Assembly: GCA_965215365.1 (NCBI GenBank) | Contig: CBDCDS010000003.1 | Location: 512,001 to 576,000, forward strand | Origin: Gammaproteobacteria bacterium | Lineage (GTDB): Bacteria; Pseudomonadota; Gammaproteobacteria; Eutrophobiales; Eutrophobiaceae | DNA length: 64,000 nt | Direction of reading: 5' to 3' | Shown here: piece after piece, positions 27,912 to 38,200 of the stretch | Numbering within the stretch: position 1 is the first letter of the stretch | Layout: each line of letters opens with the position of its first letter | The notes under the pieces: generated by a model | Database searches by the model: none | Seen by the model: the letters and a program-made list of their open reading frames with translations, nothing else | What the model was told of the DNA's origin: nothing | Program-made: the position numbers and the translations under genes

Positions 27912-28892
27912 TCAGTCATGGGAATGGTGATGGTGCTTGTGGGTATGCCAGTGGCTTTGTTTGTGGCCGTCGGTGGTCGGTTCGTTGTTCGGGTAGTCCG
28001 GGCCGCGTACGGCTTGGGTTTGCTCGAAGTCTTCCGGGCCGTGCGGGTGGTTGTGGGAATAGCTGACCATCCACTTGTACAGTAGCGGGTCGCGCTGGTA
28101 AACCCGGGCGGCGGCGCGGCGTTGGTTCTGCTTCGGTGTGGACCAGGGGTTGTAGTGGAAGTGGTTGAACAGTTTCGAGTCGACCCGGCCGAGGGCGATG
28201 CAGCCGAATTCCGAGGCGAATGCGCCGTGGTTGATGTAGGCCGGGCGCCAGAAGTAGCCGCCGGTGGGAATCTCGCCGAACTGCATCATCCAGGAGGTGC
28301 CCCACAGGTGGTAGGATTCCTCGGCGCAGTCATGGTAGGAGATATTGTCCTGGTAACAGGCCGGCGACATGCAGTACAGGAATGTCATCGCGTGTGAAAT
28401 CGGGTTGTAGTTAAGCAGCTTAATCAGGATGCCGGTGGCCGTCGCCGGCTTGACGATGTTGCCGGGCGCCCAGGTGATGTCCAGGTAAGAATCGACATCG
28501 TGGTAGAGGTCGGTCTGGGCCAGGGGGTGGTGTTCGGTGGTCTCGACCAGACTGGGTTCGCCGGTGTTGTACATCATCAATACCAGGGCGCCCTGTGCGG
28601 ATTGAATGGCCGGCATGGCATAACCCGCCGGGACGTAGAAGTAATGCCCCTTGCGCACTGTGCGGCCGTCCAGTTGCAGCTCTCCCTCGATGACGATCAG
28701 CTCCCATTCCGACCAGGAAAACCCCGGTGTCTGGCTGTAGCCGCCGTCCAGTTGCACGGTCATGGTGCAGGCGCCGGTGTCGGTGTCCATGCTCAACATC
28801 TTGTAATGCAGGCCCCGGCCAAAGCCCGGCAGGCGCATGTTTTTAAAGGTTACGTCGCGATCGACAAAGGGTTCTATGTGTGGGCGCGCCAT
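27912..28892 (-). CDS. DUF4437/cupin-domain protein with His-rich tail
   Basis: Two cupin repeats (ELIVIEGEL, HDCAEESY, GYFWRPAYINHG). Confidence 0.65.
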   Translation of the reverse strand: MARPHIEPFVDRDVTFKNMRLPGFGRGLHYKMLSMDTDTGACTMTVQLDGGYSQTPGFSWSEWELIVIEGELQLDGRTVRKGHYFYVPAGYAMPAIQSAQGALVLMMYNTGEPSLVETTEHHPLAQTDLYHDVDSYLDITWAPGNIVKPATATGILIKLLNYNPISHAMTFLYCMSPACYQDNISYHDCAEESYHLWGTSWMMQFGEIPTGGYFWRPAYINHGAFASEFGCIALGRVDSKLFNHFHYNPWSTPKQNQRRAAARVYQRDPLLYKWMVSYSHNHPHGPEDFEQTQAVRGPDYPNNEPTTDGHKQSHWHTHKHHHHSHD

Positions 28893-29080
28893 ATTGTTTC
28901 TCCATTGATCATTGCGGGGGCGAAACTGCATTGTACCCCCGGATTTCGGGGGATACCCGGCGTCTCCAAAAATCGGAGGCTTGTTTACGCCGGAGTGTCC
29001 CGGGTTAAATTCGAGGAACCTCTAATTCCTGGCCGATATGACGATGACGAACAACTTACGTATTATCGGGGTATGCCAGT

Positions 29081-29380
29081 TTAACCGTTGTCGTCACTGT
29101 CAACGCCGTACTTCCAGATCACCTGGTCTTCCCGGTCTTGCGGTTTGGCCGGCAGGTTCTCGCGTGCTATCTTTACCTTCTGGTCGCCGTCGGCATTAAA
29201 GCCGCGCAGTGAAATCCGGTCGAAAAATTCCTCGTACCACTTGGCCCGCGTGGGTGCCAGCTCGTGCATCTGCCGGTCGATCTTTGCAAAGCGCTGTTCC
29301 TGCTCGGCCAGTTCCTCGCGCACCCATTGTTCTTCCTCACTGGTGCGTTCGTGGTCGATAAAAAAATTTTTGAAAGTCAT
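29081..29380 (-). CDS. Hypothetical protein
   Basis: 99 aa ORF co-oriented with the operon, host-like codon usage. Confidence 0.6.
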   Translation of the reverse strand: MTFKNFFIDHERTSEEEQWVREELAEQEQRFAKIDRQMHELAPTRAKWYEEFFDRISLRGFNADGDQKVKIARENLPAKPQDREDQVIWKYGVDSDDNG

Positions 29381-29420
29381 GGTTTGCTTCTCTCAAAGTG
29401 TCAATGTCAAAAGGCCACTT

Positions 29421-31046
29421 CTAACCCGCCATACTGCGCCGGCCAACCGCCGCTAACGGATGTTCGGTTGTCCGGCATAGTTCCACCGTGCAGTTGAGTT
29501 TACCCGAATTTGTTGTCAATGGGTAGTTTACTATCTCTCGCCGCAGTTCATCCAGACCCGGGGCGGCCTGCCAGAACTCAGTGAGGCGGGCGTTGAGGTA
29601 GTGCGCCTCCAGGCGCGGCTCTCCGGGCAGGGCATGGGTGGCGTCGCGAGCATACCAGGGCCAGTACAACTGCCGGTCGCGTAACCAGTGCCAGGTTTGC
29701 AGCAGGTGCGCGCTGGCGCTGTCCGGCATAAAATCGGGGCGCAGCCGCGGCCAATCCCACTCTGCGGCCAGCGCCACATAATCCAGTGGCTCGACCAGCT
29801 TGAGCGCCGTGACCGCCGCGCCCAGCCGCCGCGCCAGCTCCACGGCAAGGGCCGCGCTGTCCTGCTCGGCCTGAATCTGCAAGCTGCTCCAGCCCAGAGT
29901 CTCGACCAGTTCTGCCAGATTATCGACGACCCCGCTGATGCCGCCCCGTCCGGCTGGCACCGGCTGTGATAGCCCGTGCCCCGGCAGGTCCGGGGCGATG
30001 ACGTGGCAGGACCCGGAGCGAGCAAGGGTTGCGGCAGACAGGGCGCGCTGGGAGCTGCCGACATCATGCAAGGCCAATACGGGAGGCTGTTGGGCAGCGC
30101 CTGCGGCCTGATAATGGCAGCGCCCGGAATCCAGCTCGATAAAGCCTCTGCCGGCGCGCCGGCGCGGGTCGGTGCGGTCAATGCGGCAATCCCGGCTGTG
30201 CGCCTGGGCCCTCTGTTCGGTAAAAATACGCCGGAAGCCCTGGGTCCGCTGTGCCCGGGTCGGGCCGCAATGCAGCATGGTGAAATGGTCCGGCCACTGC
30301 ACCGAGTCGAAGCGGTCGGTGTAGGGTTTCAAAATGCTGCCCTGCCAGCGCATGATGATGGTGGGTACGGTAATGGGTTGTACCCGCTCCATTGTTTCGT
30401 TGGCAAACGCGGCCCGGTAGGCCCGGTCGTAATCCTTGCCGGCGCGCAGGAAGTCCATAGCCAGCTGCTGCACCACCTCGGTATTGACGCCGCCACCGGG
30501 CAAGCGGGTTGCCGGGCCGGTCTGGTGCCAGGGGAAAAAGACGCACTGATCCCGGGCCATCGACCAGAGGCGGGTCAGGTGGCTGCCGGTTGGGTCCGGC
30601 GTCAGGTCCGGGAAGTAGCCACAGACGATACGGTCCCGTTCTGCGTCGGTGAAGTGCGCGGCGTTGTCCAGGATCAGGTAATCGACCCGCGCGCTATGGA
30701 TTTTGCTGAATTCAATCGCGATTTGTGCGCCCGTGGCCGTGCCGTACAGCCCGAAGCTGTGCAGGCCCAGGCCTTGGGTAAATTCATGCAGGGCAGCGAC
30801 ATAACCGGTCAAATCACTGCCGGGTTGCGGCAGCGGCTCAGACCAGCCGTAACCGGGCGTATCGGGGGCCAGCACGGTACAAAACTCCGCCGCCACCTCG
30901 AGGAACGGCAGCACGGCCGCAGACGACATGGGCGAGGCATGCAGCATGACCAGCGGCGGTCCTGCTCCGGCGCGGCGGAAATGGACCTGTTGCGGCTGTT
31001 CCGCACTGCCGATGTTGACGTAGTCCTGAGTGATATTCACGTTCAA
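29421..31046 (-). CDS. Tandem alpha/beta hydrolase-fold protein
   Basis: Two repeats of LH..../APD.PG.G.S; nucleophile elbows degenerate (GTATG, AEQDS). Confidence 0.8.
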   Translation of the reverse strand: MNVNITQDYVNIGSAEQPQQVHFRRAGAGPPLVMLHASPMSSAAVLPFLEVAAEFCTVLAPDTPGYGWSEPLPQPGSDLTGYVAALHEFTQGLGLHSFGLYGTATGAQIAIEFSKIHSARVDYLILDNAAHFTDAERDRIVCGYFPDLTPDPTGSHLTRLWSMARDQCVFFPWHQTGPATRLPGGGVNTEVVQQLAMDFLRAGKDYDRAYRAAFANETMERVQPITVPTIIMRWQGSILKPYTDRFDSVQWPDHFTMLHCGPTRAQRTQGFRRIFTEQRAQAHSRDCRIDRTDPRRRAGRGFIELDSGRCHYQAAGAAQQPPVLALHDVGSSQRALSAATLARSGSCHVIAPDLPGHGLSQPVPAGRGGISGVVDNLAELVETLGWSSLQIQAEQDSAALAVELARRLGAAVTALKLVEPLDYVALAAEWDWPRLRPDFMPDSASAHLLQTWHWLRDRQLYWPWYARDATHALPGEPRLEAHYLNARLTEFWQAAPGLDELRREIVNYPLTTNSGKLNCTVELCRTTEHPLAAVGRRSMAG

Positions 31047-31076
31047 CTCTCAGTAACCTCAGTCGCCATAATGTCC

Positions 31077-31102
31077 GTCATTCCTGCGCAAGCAGGAATG
31101 AC
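31077..31102. repeat. REP-like palindrome
   Basis: GTCATTCCTGC-gcaa-GCAGGAATGAC. Confidence 0.6.
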
Positions 31103-31155
31103 GGATGAGATGCAATGGGTGACCATACTTCAGCGCCATGCAGACCCATTGCGCC

Positions 31156-32730
31156 TCACAACCCCAAGCTGCCGGGGTTGATGCGGTTGTCGGGGTCCAC
31201 GGCCTGTTTCAGTTGCCGCAGCAATTCCCAGTTTGCCGGTTTCAGCCCTTGTTTATAAGGGTAAGCCTTGCCGACCTGCAGGTGTACGGTGCCGGCGTCA
31301 CAGAAAAAGTCCAGCAATTTCTGTCTGATTTGCGCCACGGCCTGACGCGCGGCCGGGTTTTCCGCAAAGCCGGGCAGTTTTTTCAGCACGCCCGGTTGCA
31401 CGGTGTCCCGGTGAATTTCCGTCATGGCATCGGGCCAGAAGAACACCGGTTCCACCACGAAGCAGTGGGTCGAGACGGTGGCTAACAGGTAGCCGACGCC
31501 AATGCCCTCACGTTCCATGAGCTCCCGGTGACCGGACAATATCTTTTCCACGCCATCGATTATAGCCACGGCCCGGGAGTGGGGCGCCAGCGCGTGCAGC
31601 GGCGCCCAGCGCTCGCCACTGGGCCCGACGATGTTGTTGAGAGGAGTAAACGGGTTCGCCCTGAGAATTTTCGGGATGCTGTTTTCAAGCTCGCGCCCGC
31701 CGTGCTCCGAACAAAGCTGCCGGGTGCGCGCCAGCCCTTCGTCGGCTGCGGCGGCGCCGCTCTCCTCCACCATGACGTGCAAGGAGTAAGCCACCGCGTC
31801 CATAAACCCCCTGCCGGCGACTGCCGTTTGCAAACCATCCTTCACCGCGGCCAGCACGCTGCCGCTTGCTTTCACTACGCCGGCCAGGGCTTTCACGTCC
31901 TTGAGCAGGCTCTCGCGTTGCAGGCGTTGTTTCTGCAAAAAGGGATCAAAGCCGAAACACTCCATGGCCAGACCGGCGCGCGCGATGGCGCTCATGGCGC
32001 CGGCCAGGGCGCGGTAACTGTCAAAGTCGAAAGAGGCAAAGCGGCGCGCGCGCAATTCCGGCACCAGTGGCAGGGTGGCCCGGGTTTTTATGCCCAGCGC
32101 GCCGGTATCACAGCAGAACAGGCCGGTCAGGTCGGGGCCATAGTGGCGGAAAAACGGGGCGCCGTGGCGCTGCGCGTTTGACCCGGTATCCAGGATCGTC
32201 CCGTCCGCCAGCACCACCTCTAGGCTCAGTACGGAATCCGCGGCGCTGCCGTAACGCCCGGAGCCCCAGAAGATGCTGTTCTGCGACAGGCCGCCGCCCA
32301 CCGTGGCCCTGATGCCGGACAGCGGGCCCCAGTACGGGGTACGGCAACCGCTGCCGCGTAAGGCCTGGTGCAAGTCGTTCCAGGTGCAGCCGCTTTCCAC
32401 GGTCACGTACATGTCTTCGGTGTTGCACTCCACCACCCGGTTAAGACGGCTCAGGTCAAGCAGGATGGTATCGGCCTCCGACGGCACGTAACCACTGCTG
32501 TAGGACATGCCGCCGCCGCGGGCCACCACCGCATGACCCCGCTGCGTCGCCGCGGCCACCACCTCGGCGACCTGCGCGGTGGCGCCGGGGCGCACTACGG
32601 CCAGGGCCGGCAGGGCCTTGGTATAAATATCCTGGGCATGGAAGGCGCAACTGTGGGCATCGGTGAGCACCGCGTCGGCGCCGACCTGCGCGGTGATCGT
32701 CTCAAGCAGCGTTGCTGTATTTGACGCCAT
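31156..32730 (-). CDS. FAD-binding oxidoreductase (GlcD/D-lactate dehydrogenase-like)
   Basis: ARGGGMSY, ATVGGG, DLTGLF..G.LGI.T, K.AVDP..INPG. Confidence 0.88.
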   Translation of the reverse strand: MASNTATLLETITAQVGADAVLTDAHSCAFHAQDIYTKALPALAVVRPGATAQVAEVVAAATQRGHAVVARGGGMSYSSGYVPSEADTILLDLSRLNRVVECNTEDMYVTVESGCTWNDLHQALRGSGCRTPYWGPLSGIRATVGGGLSQNSIFWGSGRYGSAADSVLSLEVVLADGTILDTGSNAQRHGAPFFRHYGPDLTGLFCCDTGALGIKTRATLPLVPELRARRFASFDFDSYRALAGAMSAIARAGLAMECFGFDPFLQKQRLQRESLLKDVKALAGVVKASGSVLAAVKDGLQTAVAGRGFMDAVAYSLHVMVEESGAAAADEGLARTRQLCSEHGGRELENSIPKILRANPFTPLNNIVGPSGERWAPLHALAPHSRAVAIIDGVEKILSGHRELMEREGIGVGYLLATVSTHCFVVEPVFFWPDAMTEIHRDTVQPGVLKKLPGFAENPAARQAVAQIRQKLLDFFCDAGTVHLQVGKAYPYKQGLKPANWELLRQLKQAVDPDNRINPGSLGL

Positions 32731-32778
32731 GGGCTGTGAAAAAGAAATGCGATGCGATTGGAGTTGTATTTAAGTTAT

Positions 32779-32805
32779 GGTAACCTCTAACTGATAGAGG
32801 TGACC
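32779..32805. repeat. Minimal GGNNNCCTCT-family hairpin element
   Basis: GGTAACCTCTA-actga-TAGAGGTGACC. Confidence 0.7.
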
Positions 32806-32855
32806 TCATAGCATTATATCATTGCCAGGTAAACTTCTGCGTTAGCCCGCACATC

Positions 32856-33866
32856 GTGAACAATACACGGGTCATATTAAAACAACGAGCCGCCGGCATC
32901 CCCCGGGAACAGGATTTTGAATTGCTGCACGCGCCCGCAGCGCGCCCGGGCGCAGGGGAACTGCTGTGTGAGACCCGGTATCTGTCGCTGGACCCGTACC
33001 TGCGCGGCCAGATCAGCGGGCGGCACATTTCCGGCGCCGTTAATGTCGGCGAGCTCATGGGCGGGGAAGCGCTCAGCAGGGTCATCGAGTCGAAGTCGGA
33101 CGGGTTTGAACGAGGCGACATCATCGCCGCGCACAGCGGTTGGCAGAGCCACCCCGTGGTGCCGGCCGCGACCGCAAGAAAGCTGAACCCGGCGCTGGGG
33201 CCGCTGTCCACCCTGCTGGGTATTCTTGGTATGCCGGGGCTTACTGCCTATGCCGGCATGACCCGTCTGGCCGATTTGCAGGCCGGCGACACGGTGGTCG
33301 TCTCGGCGGCGTCCGGGCCGGTGGGGTCCATGGTCGGGCAGATTGCCAAACGGCATGGTTGCCGTAGCGTCGGTATTGCCGGGTCCGAGGAGAAATGCCG
33401 CTGGACGGTGGAGCAGGCCGGCTTTGAACACTGCATCAACTACAAAACAGAAACGCTTAGAGACGGCCTCAAGCGCGCCTGCCCTGATGGCATAAACGTT
33501 TACTTCGATAACGTCGGCGGCGACACCTTGCAGGCCTGCATGGAACAACTGGCGGCGGGCGCCACGGTCATCCTGTGCGGACTGATGGCGCAGTACAATA
33601 CGGACGACATACCCCCCGGACCCAATCCGGGTCTCATCATCAGAGCCAGGGCCACCGTGCGCGGTCTGGTCGTCTATGACCATGAAGACCTGCGGCCGGA
33701 ATTTGAGCAACAGGTCAGCCAGTGGTTGCAGCAGGGACAGCTCAGCTACAAGGAAGATCTGGCAGAGGGTTTGCAGGCCGCGCCCGGGCTGTTCTGCCGG
33801 CTGATGCGCGGCGAGAATTTCGGTAAGGCAATAGTGCGGGTTGCCGAAGAGAGTACACTGATATGA
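32856..33866 (+). CDS. NADP-dependent oxidoreductase (CurA/prostaglandin reductase family)
   Basis: SLDPYLRG, LGMPGLTAY.G, VSAASGPVGS, YFDNVGG, GENFGK. Confidence 0.92.
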   Translation: MNNTRVILKQRAAGIPREQDFELLHAPAARPGAGELLCETRYLSLDPYLRGQISGRHISGAVNVGELMGGEALSRVIESKSDGFERGDIIAAHSGWQSHPVVPAATARKLNPALGPLSTLLGILGMPGLTAYAGMTRLADLQAGDTVVVSAASGPVGSMVGQIAKRHGCRSVGIAGSEEKCRWTVEQAGFEHCINYKTETLRDGLKRACPDGINVYFDNVGGDTLQACMEQLAAGATVILCGLMAQYNTDDIPPGPNPGLIIRARATVRGLVVYDHEDLRPEFEQQVSQWLQQGQLSYKEDLAEGLQAAPGLFCRLMRGENFGKAIVRVAEESTLI

Positions 33867-34405
33867 GCAAGGCGCCCACCGATTTTCGGCGTGTTACCAT
33901 GCTGGTAAACGACATTGAAACGCCATTGAAAATCTATCGGGATATTCTTGGAGTGATCCCCAAAAATGCCCGGTCTGGCATTTGCAGAGTTGTCCTGACG
34001 CTCATGCTGGCACCGCTGCTGTTGCTCGCGCCGGTGGGCGCGCTGCCGTCCGAGCTCGACAATGCCACCTGGTACAAAGGCTGGATGGCCGTGAAAAAGC
34101 ATAAGGTGGACCCTGATGCAGACCTGTCCGAGTGGATCTTCGCCAGAATTGAGCGCATGCACAACCAGGGGCAGAAAATACCGCTGACGGATGAGGCCGG
34201 CAACAACACCGGCTACACCCTGTCGCTGGAAAGCCTGACCTACGAGGAAACCCAGGTGCCGGTGCTGAAAATCGGCGTGATCGAAGACCGCACCGGTTAC
34301 ACTCTGGCGTATTCCTGGGCCGACCCGGGGTCACATCGGGTGGGGCTGAACGTGCGCTGGTTCCAGGCCGGCATGACGCGTATCGACGAGGAACATCATG
34401 AATAG
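33863..34405 (+). CDS. Chimeric ORF: VOC N-terminus fused to the C-terminal part of a secreted, possibly CpcT-like protein
   Basis: RRVTMLVNDIE..LKIYRDILG (VOC start), then a signal-like stretch and ..LAYSWADPG..RVGLNVRWFQAG. Confidence 0.45.
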   Translation: MSKAPTDFRRVTMLVNDIETPLKIYRDILGVIPKNARSGICRVVLTLMLAPLLLLAPVGALPSELDNATWYKGWMAVKKHKVDPDADLSEWIFARIERMHNQGQKIPLTDEAGNNTGYTLSLESLTYEETQVPVLKIGVIEDRTGYTLAYSWADPGSHRVGLNVRWFQAGMTRIDEEHHE

Positions 34406-34688
34406 CTCTGCTACCGGCGCCGGCAACCACAGCGGATACCCCGCCGCCGGCTACGCTTAGTACATGGTGATCCTGCTCACCCTGGCGTATATCTGCTCCT
34501 TCATCGACCGCTTCATGCTGGGGCCGACCACCATCGGCATTCTCAACGACCAGATGTTCGGCGAGGCCGGCCTGAAATACTCCATGGCACTGCTGCCGTT
34601 CGTCTATGGCGTACCGGTGCTGCTGCTGGTTCCCGTGACGCTACGGCTGTACGCCCACACCTGCGCGGAAATGCGCGCCGAGGGCTGA
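34398..34688 (+). pseudogene. Spinster-type MFS transporter remnant (nonsense codon plus large internal deletion)
   Basis: YP...YA*YMVILLTLAYICSFIDR joined directly to C-terminal LGPTTIGILND..LKYSMA. Confidence 0.75.
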
Positions 34689-34729
34689 TGTCCGGCATTC
34701 AGCGGGAATCACCATGGCTTCAGTTTGTG

Positions 34730-34987
34730 TTACGTCACACCCTGCCTGCCGATCCATTCGCGTAGTGCCTTGTCGATCCGCGTCTGCCAACCGCGCCCAT
34801 CAGCCTTGAAGTAATCCAGCACTTCTTTCGACAAACGGATAGTGGTCGATACCCTCGGACTGGCAACGGGGGGGCGTCCTCGACGAACTGGTACCTGGGC
34901 AAATTTCTCCGGCCAGCCATCTTTGGAAAGATCGGGGGCAGTGTCTGGATCAAAGTCTTGGCTTGTAGTGTTTTCTCTCACGTTCAT
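34730..34987 (-). CDS. BrnA antitoxin
   Basis: RRGRP..RVSTTIRLSKEVLDYFKADGRGWQTRIDKALRE. Confidence 0.9.
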   Translation of the reverse strand: MNVRENTTSQDFDPDTAPDLSKDGWPEKFAQVPVRRGRPPVASPRVSTTIRLSKEVLDYFKADGRGWQTRIDKALREWIGRQGVT

Positions 34988-35189
34988 TGGCTTTTCTCAT
35001 GCTTATGATCCTGTAGCTATCATTGCGCGGCGTCCAGACAATAACTACCATCGTGCCATCAAGAAACCCAACGGTTATAAACCGTGTCTCGCCATAGTTA
35101 CGCCTGTCGTCTTCCACAGTCAATGTAGGGCCATCAAACACCTCTCCGACCCGGGCCATGTCTAATCCCCTGAATTCAAGAGTAGCAGC
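34950..35189 (-). pseudogene. BrnT toxin, N-terminus apparently lost
   Basis: AATLEFRGLDMA..DDRRNYGETRFITVG..RIISMRKANERE; the usual FD..K start region is missing. Confidence 0.75.
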
Positions 35190-35228
35190 AGGGCAACCGC
35201 ATACTTTTATATGTCAATGGCAAGACAT

Positions 35229-35272
35229 GGTAACCTCTCAAAATGCCACGGAGGGCATTTTGAGAGGTTACC
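35229..35272. repeat. GGNNNCCTCT-family hairpin element
   Basis: GGTAACCTCTCAAAATGCC-acggag-GGCATTTTGAGAGGTTACC, perfect 19-bp IR. Confidence 0.8.
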
Positions 35273-35347
35273 TCACGGAATAGGTCGTCGTCTGTTTCAT
35301 TTTCGTGCTGGTATTAATCCGCGTACTTTGGCATTATTTCATCCATT

Positions 35348-36532
35348 ATGAAAACGACAAGCATTATATTGCTGCTCAGCATGTTGCTGTGCATGGGGCC
35401 AGCCCCGGCGGCGGATCGCGCTCATCCGGAAAATCCGTTTACATCCACCTCCCGCAGCCCGGCGCCGGCCATGGCAAGCGAGCTTCCCGGCACGGGGATC
35501 AGTGGTGTCTATGAGGTGATGGTTGGCGCCGACGATGCCGGGCCGTTGCTTGAGTACTTCGGCGAGTTCGGCTTCAGTATCAAAAACGAAGCGGTGCTGG
35601 ACGCGGCGGTGGCGCAAGAACTCTATGGCGTCAATTCTGCCCTGCGTTCCATCCGCCTGCAGAACGGCGCCGTCGACAGCCATGGGCTGCTGCGTATCCT
35701 GGAATGGGAACAACCGTTAGGGCCGGGCGTCGGCTATGCGCCGCCGGAAACCGTGGGGCAGCGCATGTCGGTCATGCGCACCCGCGATATTGTCCGCCTG
35801 TACGACACGTTTTCCGACCTGCGTCATAAGGCCAGGGAACCCTGGCTTCCCGTGGAACCGATCTTTGATGATTTGTATGACCTGGGCACGGATAATGTTT
35901 CCATAACGCAACGGCGCGTCGGTGTGCGCGAGAACGCGGTGTACGGGCGCTTTTTCAACCATGTTTTCTTCCAGCGTTACGGCTACACCATCCCCGGCTA
36001 CGGCACCGTCAACCCGGCGGCGCCGTTGCAGACCAGTGAGTTTACTCACCATGACTTTATTATCGCCGGCGACCTGACGGTGGTGACGGCGTATTATGAG
36101 TCCGTGTTGGGGTTGCGCGCCGAGACTGAGCCGGTCGTTAGCGGCGACTGGCAGCCCGGCCCGGGGCGAGTGTTCCTGATGGAGCCGGGAGAGAGCCACT
36201 GGTACCGCGGCTTTGTGTCACCAAACAACATCTGCGGTAAACTCAAGTTTTTCGCTGCGCGCGACCCGGCGCATGAACGCGATCGCCGCCACCACCAGCG
36301 CCTCGGCGAGTTGGGCATCACCCTGCACAGCCTGTACACACCCGTGCCGGAGTATGTGCATGGGCTTGCCGTCGAACACGGTTTGCAGCCCTCAGCCATC
36401 ATGCACAACGAATTCTCCGAACGCTCATTCCTGTTCACCGGCCCGGACGGGGTCACCTGGCAAATCCTAGAGCAGCCGCTTGTTATGACCCCACCGACAA
36501 CCGAATTTGAACTGGTGAGGGTGAATAATTGA
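35348..36532 (+). CDS. Secreted VOC/glyoxalase-fold protein
   Basis: Signal peptide; YYESVLGL; NEFSERSFLFTGPDGVTWQI. Confidence 0.65.
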   Translation: MKTTSIILLLSMLLCMGPAPAADRAHPENPFTSTSRSPAPAMASELPGTGISGVYEVMVGADDAGPLLEYFGEFGFSIKNEAVLDAAVAQELYGVNSALRSIRLQNGAVDSHGLLRILEWEQPLGPGVGYAPPETVGQRMSVMRTRDIVRLYDTFSDLRHKAREPWLPVEPIFDDLYDLGTDNVSITQRRVGVRENAVYGRFFNHVFFQRYGYTIPGYGTVNPAAPLQTSEFTHHDFIIAGDLTVVTAYYESVLGLRAETEPVVSGDWQPGPGRVFLMEPGESHWYRGFVSPNNICGKLKFFAARDPAHERDRRHHQRLGELGITLHSLYTPVPEYVHGLAVEHGLQPSAIMHNEFSERSFLFTGPDGVTWQILEQPLVMTPPTTEFELVRVNN

Positions 36533-37938
36533 GCCTGCAAGCCCTCACTCGCCGTCACTTCCTGCAGGCCGGCAGCGCCGCCATGCTGGCCGCCCTGTAC
36601 CGCCCGGTGTTCGCCGCCCGCAAGCATTATGACGTCATTATCATCGGCGCCGGTCTGGCCGGATTACAGGCGGGACGCATGTTACAACACCAAGGGGTGG
36701 ATTTTTTGTTGCTGGAAGGCTCCGAACGTGTCGGCGGGCGGGTTTACACGCTGGATCACTTGCCCGGCCGGCCGGAAGCCGGGGGTGCCCGGCTGGGCAC
36801 GAATTACCAGGCGCTGAACCAGGCACTGGCGGAATTGAATATCGCCGCGACCAACCCCACAACGGGCGCGCCGGGGATGACGCTGCTGGTCAACGGCAGC
36901 CTCAGCGCTGCCGAAAACTGGCCCGCCAGCCCTGGCAATCGGCTGCCGGAAACGGCGAAAGAGGTGCCGCCATACCGGTTATTGTCAACGCTGCTGCGCA
37001 ACGGTAACTTCCTGTCGGCGCCGTTGGACTGGTGGCAACCGGAATTTAGCGAGCTGGATATCCCGTTGCAGGCGTACCTGCAACAGCTGGGCGCTGACGC
37101 TGAGGCCATCCGCCTGATAGATGCCAACCTCAATGGTGAAAGCATTGAGACGCTGTCGGCCTTGGACCTGCTGCGCAAGCTGGCAGTGTTGCAAAACGCC
37201 GGCGCGCCGCAGGAAGTCCGCGTCGGTATGCAACGCTTGCCCGAGGCCATGTATGACGCGCTCAAGGCGGCTGTGATGATGGGTAAACAGGTCACGAGTA
37301 TTGACTCTGCGAATGCAGGGGTGCGGCTGCGCACTGCCGACTCGGACAGTTTTACCTGCCGGCGGTGTCTGGTGGCGCTGCCGTTCAGTGTGTTGCGGCG
37401 GTTGCAGGTGCAGATGCCGTTATCCGAACCCAAGCAACAGGCCATTTCGCGCATGGGCTATACCCCTGTCACCCAAGTCTATCTGCGGCCGCGCAGCCCG
37501 TTCTGGCTGGCCGATGAACTGAGCCCGAATATGTGGACCGACACCGACCTGGGCCGGGTATTCACCCATACCGACGAACAGGGCGAAGTGCTGCGTCTGC
37601 GCGCCTGGATCCAGGGCGCCACGGCGCAACGACTGCACGGCATGTCAGACGCAGAGCTTGGCAGGCATATCGTGGCGCAGCTGGAACAGGCACGGCCGGC
37701 GGCAAAATCGCAACTGGAGGTGGAATGGATCATCTCCTGGGGCAAATATCCTTTCAGCCAAGGCGCGTTCTCCCATTACCTGGCCGGCGGTGTCGGGCAG
37801 TTCAGCCGCGCGGTGAGCAGCCCGGAAGGGCCGTTACACTTCATCGGCGCCCACACCGAACCGTCCGCCTCGGGCATGGAGGCAGCCGTCAAGTCCGGCA
37901 ACCGGGGCGCACAGGAAATCATCGAGCGCTTATCCTGA
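36529..37938 (+). CDS. Tat-exported flavin-dependent amine oxidase
   Basis: TRRHFL Tat motif, IIGAGLAGL, LEG..RVGGRV.T, GMEAAV.SG. Confidence 0.88.
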   Translation: MSLQALTRRHFLQAGSAAMLAALYRPVFAARKHYDVIIIGAGLAGLQAGRMLQHQGVDFLLLEGSERVGGRVYTLDHLPGRPEAGGARLGTNYQALNQALAELNIAATNPTTGAPGMTLLVNGSLSAAENWPASPGNRLPETAKEVPPYRLLSTLLRNGNFLSAPLDWWQPEFSELDIPLQAYLQQLGADAEAIRLIDANLNGESIETLSALDLLRKLAVLQNAGAPQEVRVGMQRLPEAMYDALKAAVMMGKQVTSIDSANAGVRLRTADSDSFTCRRCLVALPFSVLRRLQVQMPLSEPKQQAISRMGYTPVTQVYLRPRSPFWLADELSPNMWTDTDLGRVFTHTDEQGEVLRLRAWIQGATAQRLHGMSDAELGRHIVAQLEQARPAAKSQLEVEWIISWGKYPFSQGAFSHYLAGGVGQFSRAVSSPEGPLHFIGAHTEPSASGMEAAVKSGNRGAQEIIERLS

Positions 37939-37961
37939 CAGCCCTTGTCCAGATTACTTCA

Positions 37962-38137
37962 GGTAACCTCTAAACCCTCATGATCAGGGTGCTGCGCACC
38001 CTGATCATGAGGGTTTAGACACGGAAATGAAAAAGTGTAATTTTTCATTTCCTTAATTTTCAAGCACTGACGTGCTTGCAGTGACTGGCAGCACATCCCT
38101 GTGCTGCACGGGCACCTCGTGTTTGTGAGAGGTGCCC
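37962..38137 (+). mobile_element. 176-bp MITE (GGNNNCCTCT family)
   Basis: GGTAACCTCT...AGAGGTGCCC termini, TTCA direct repeat on both sides, internal hairpins. Confidence 0.8.
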
Positions 38138-38200
38138 TTCAACACCGGGTACAGGCTCGGTGGCGGGGATTTTTTACCGCAGGCAGGCTATACTCGCGCC

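Noticed and set aside
28930-29025. Hairpin-rich intergenic region as a possible riboswitch
   Set aside because: Short IRs are present, but no known aptamer consensus is recognisable; probably REP-like debris.
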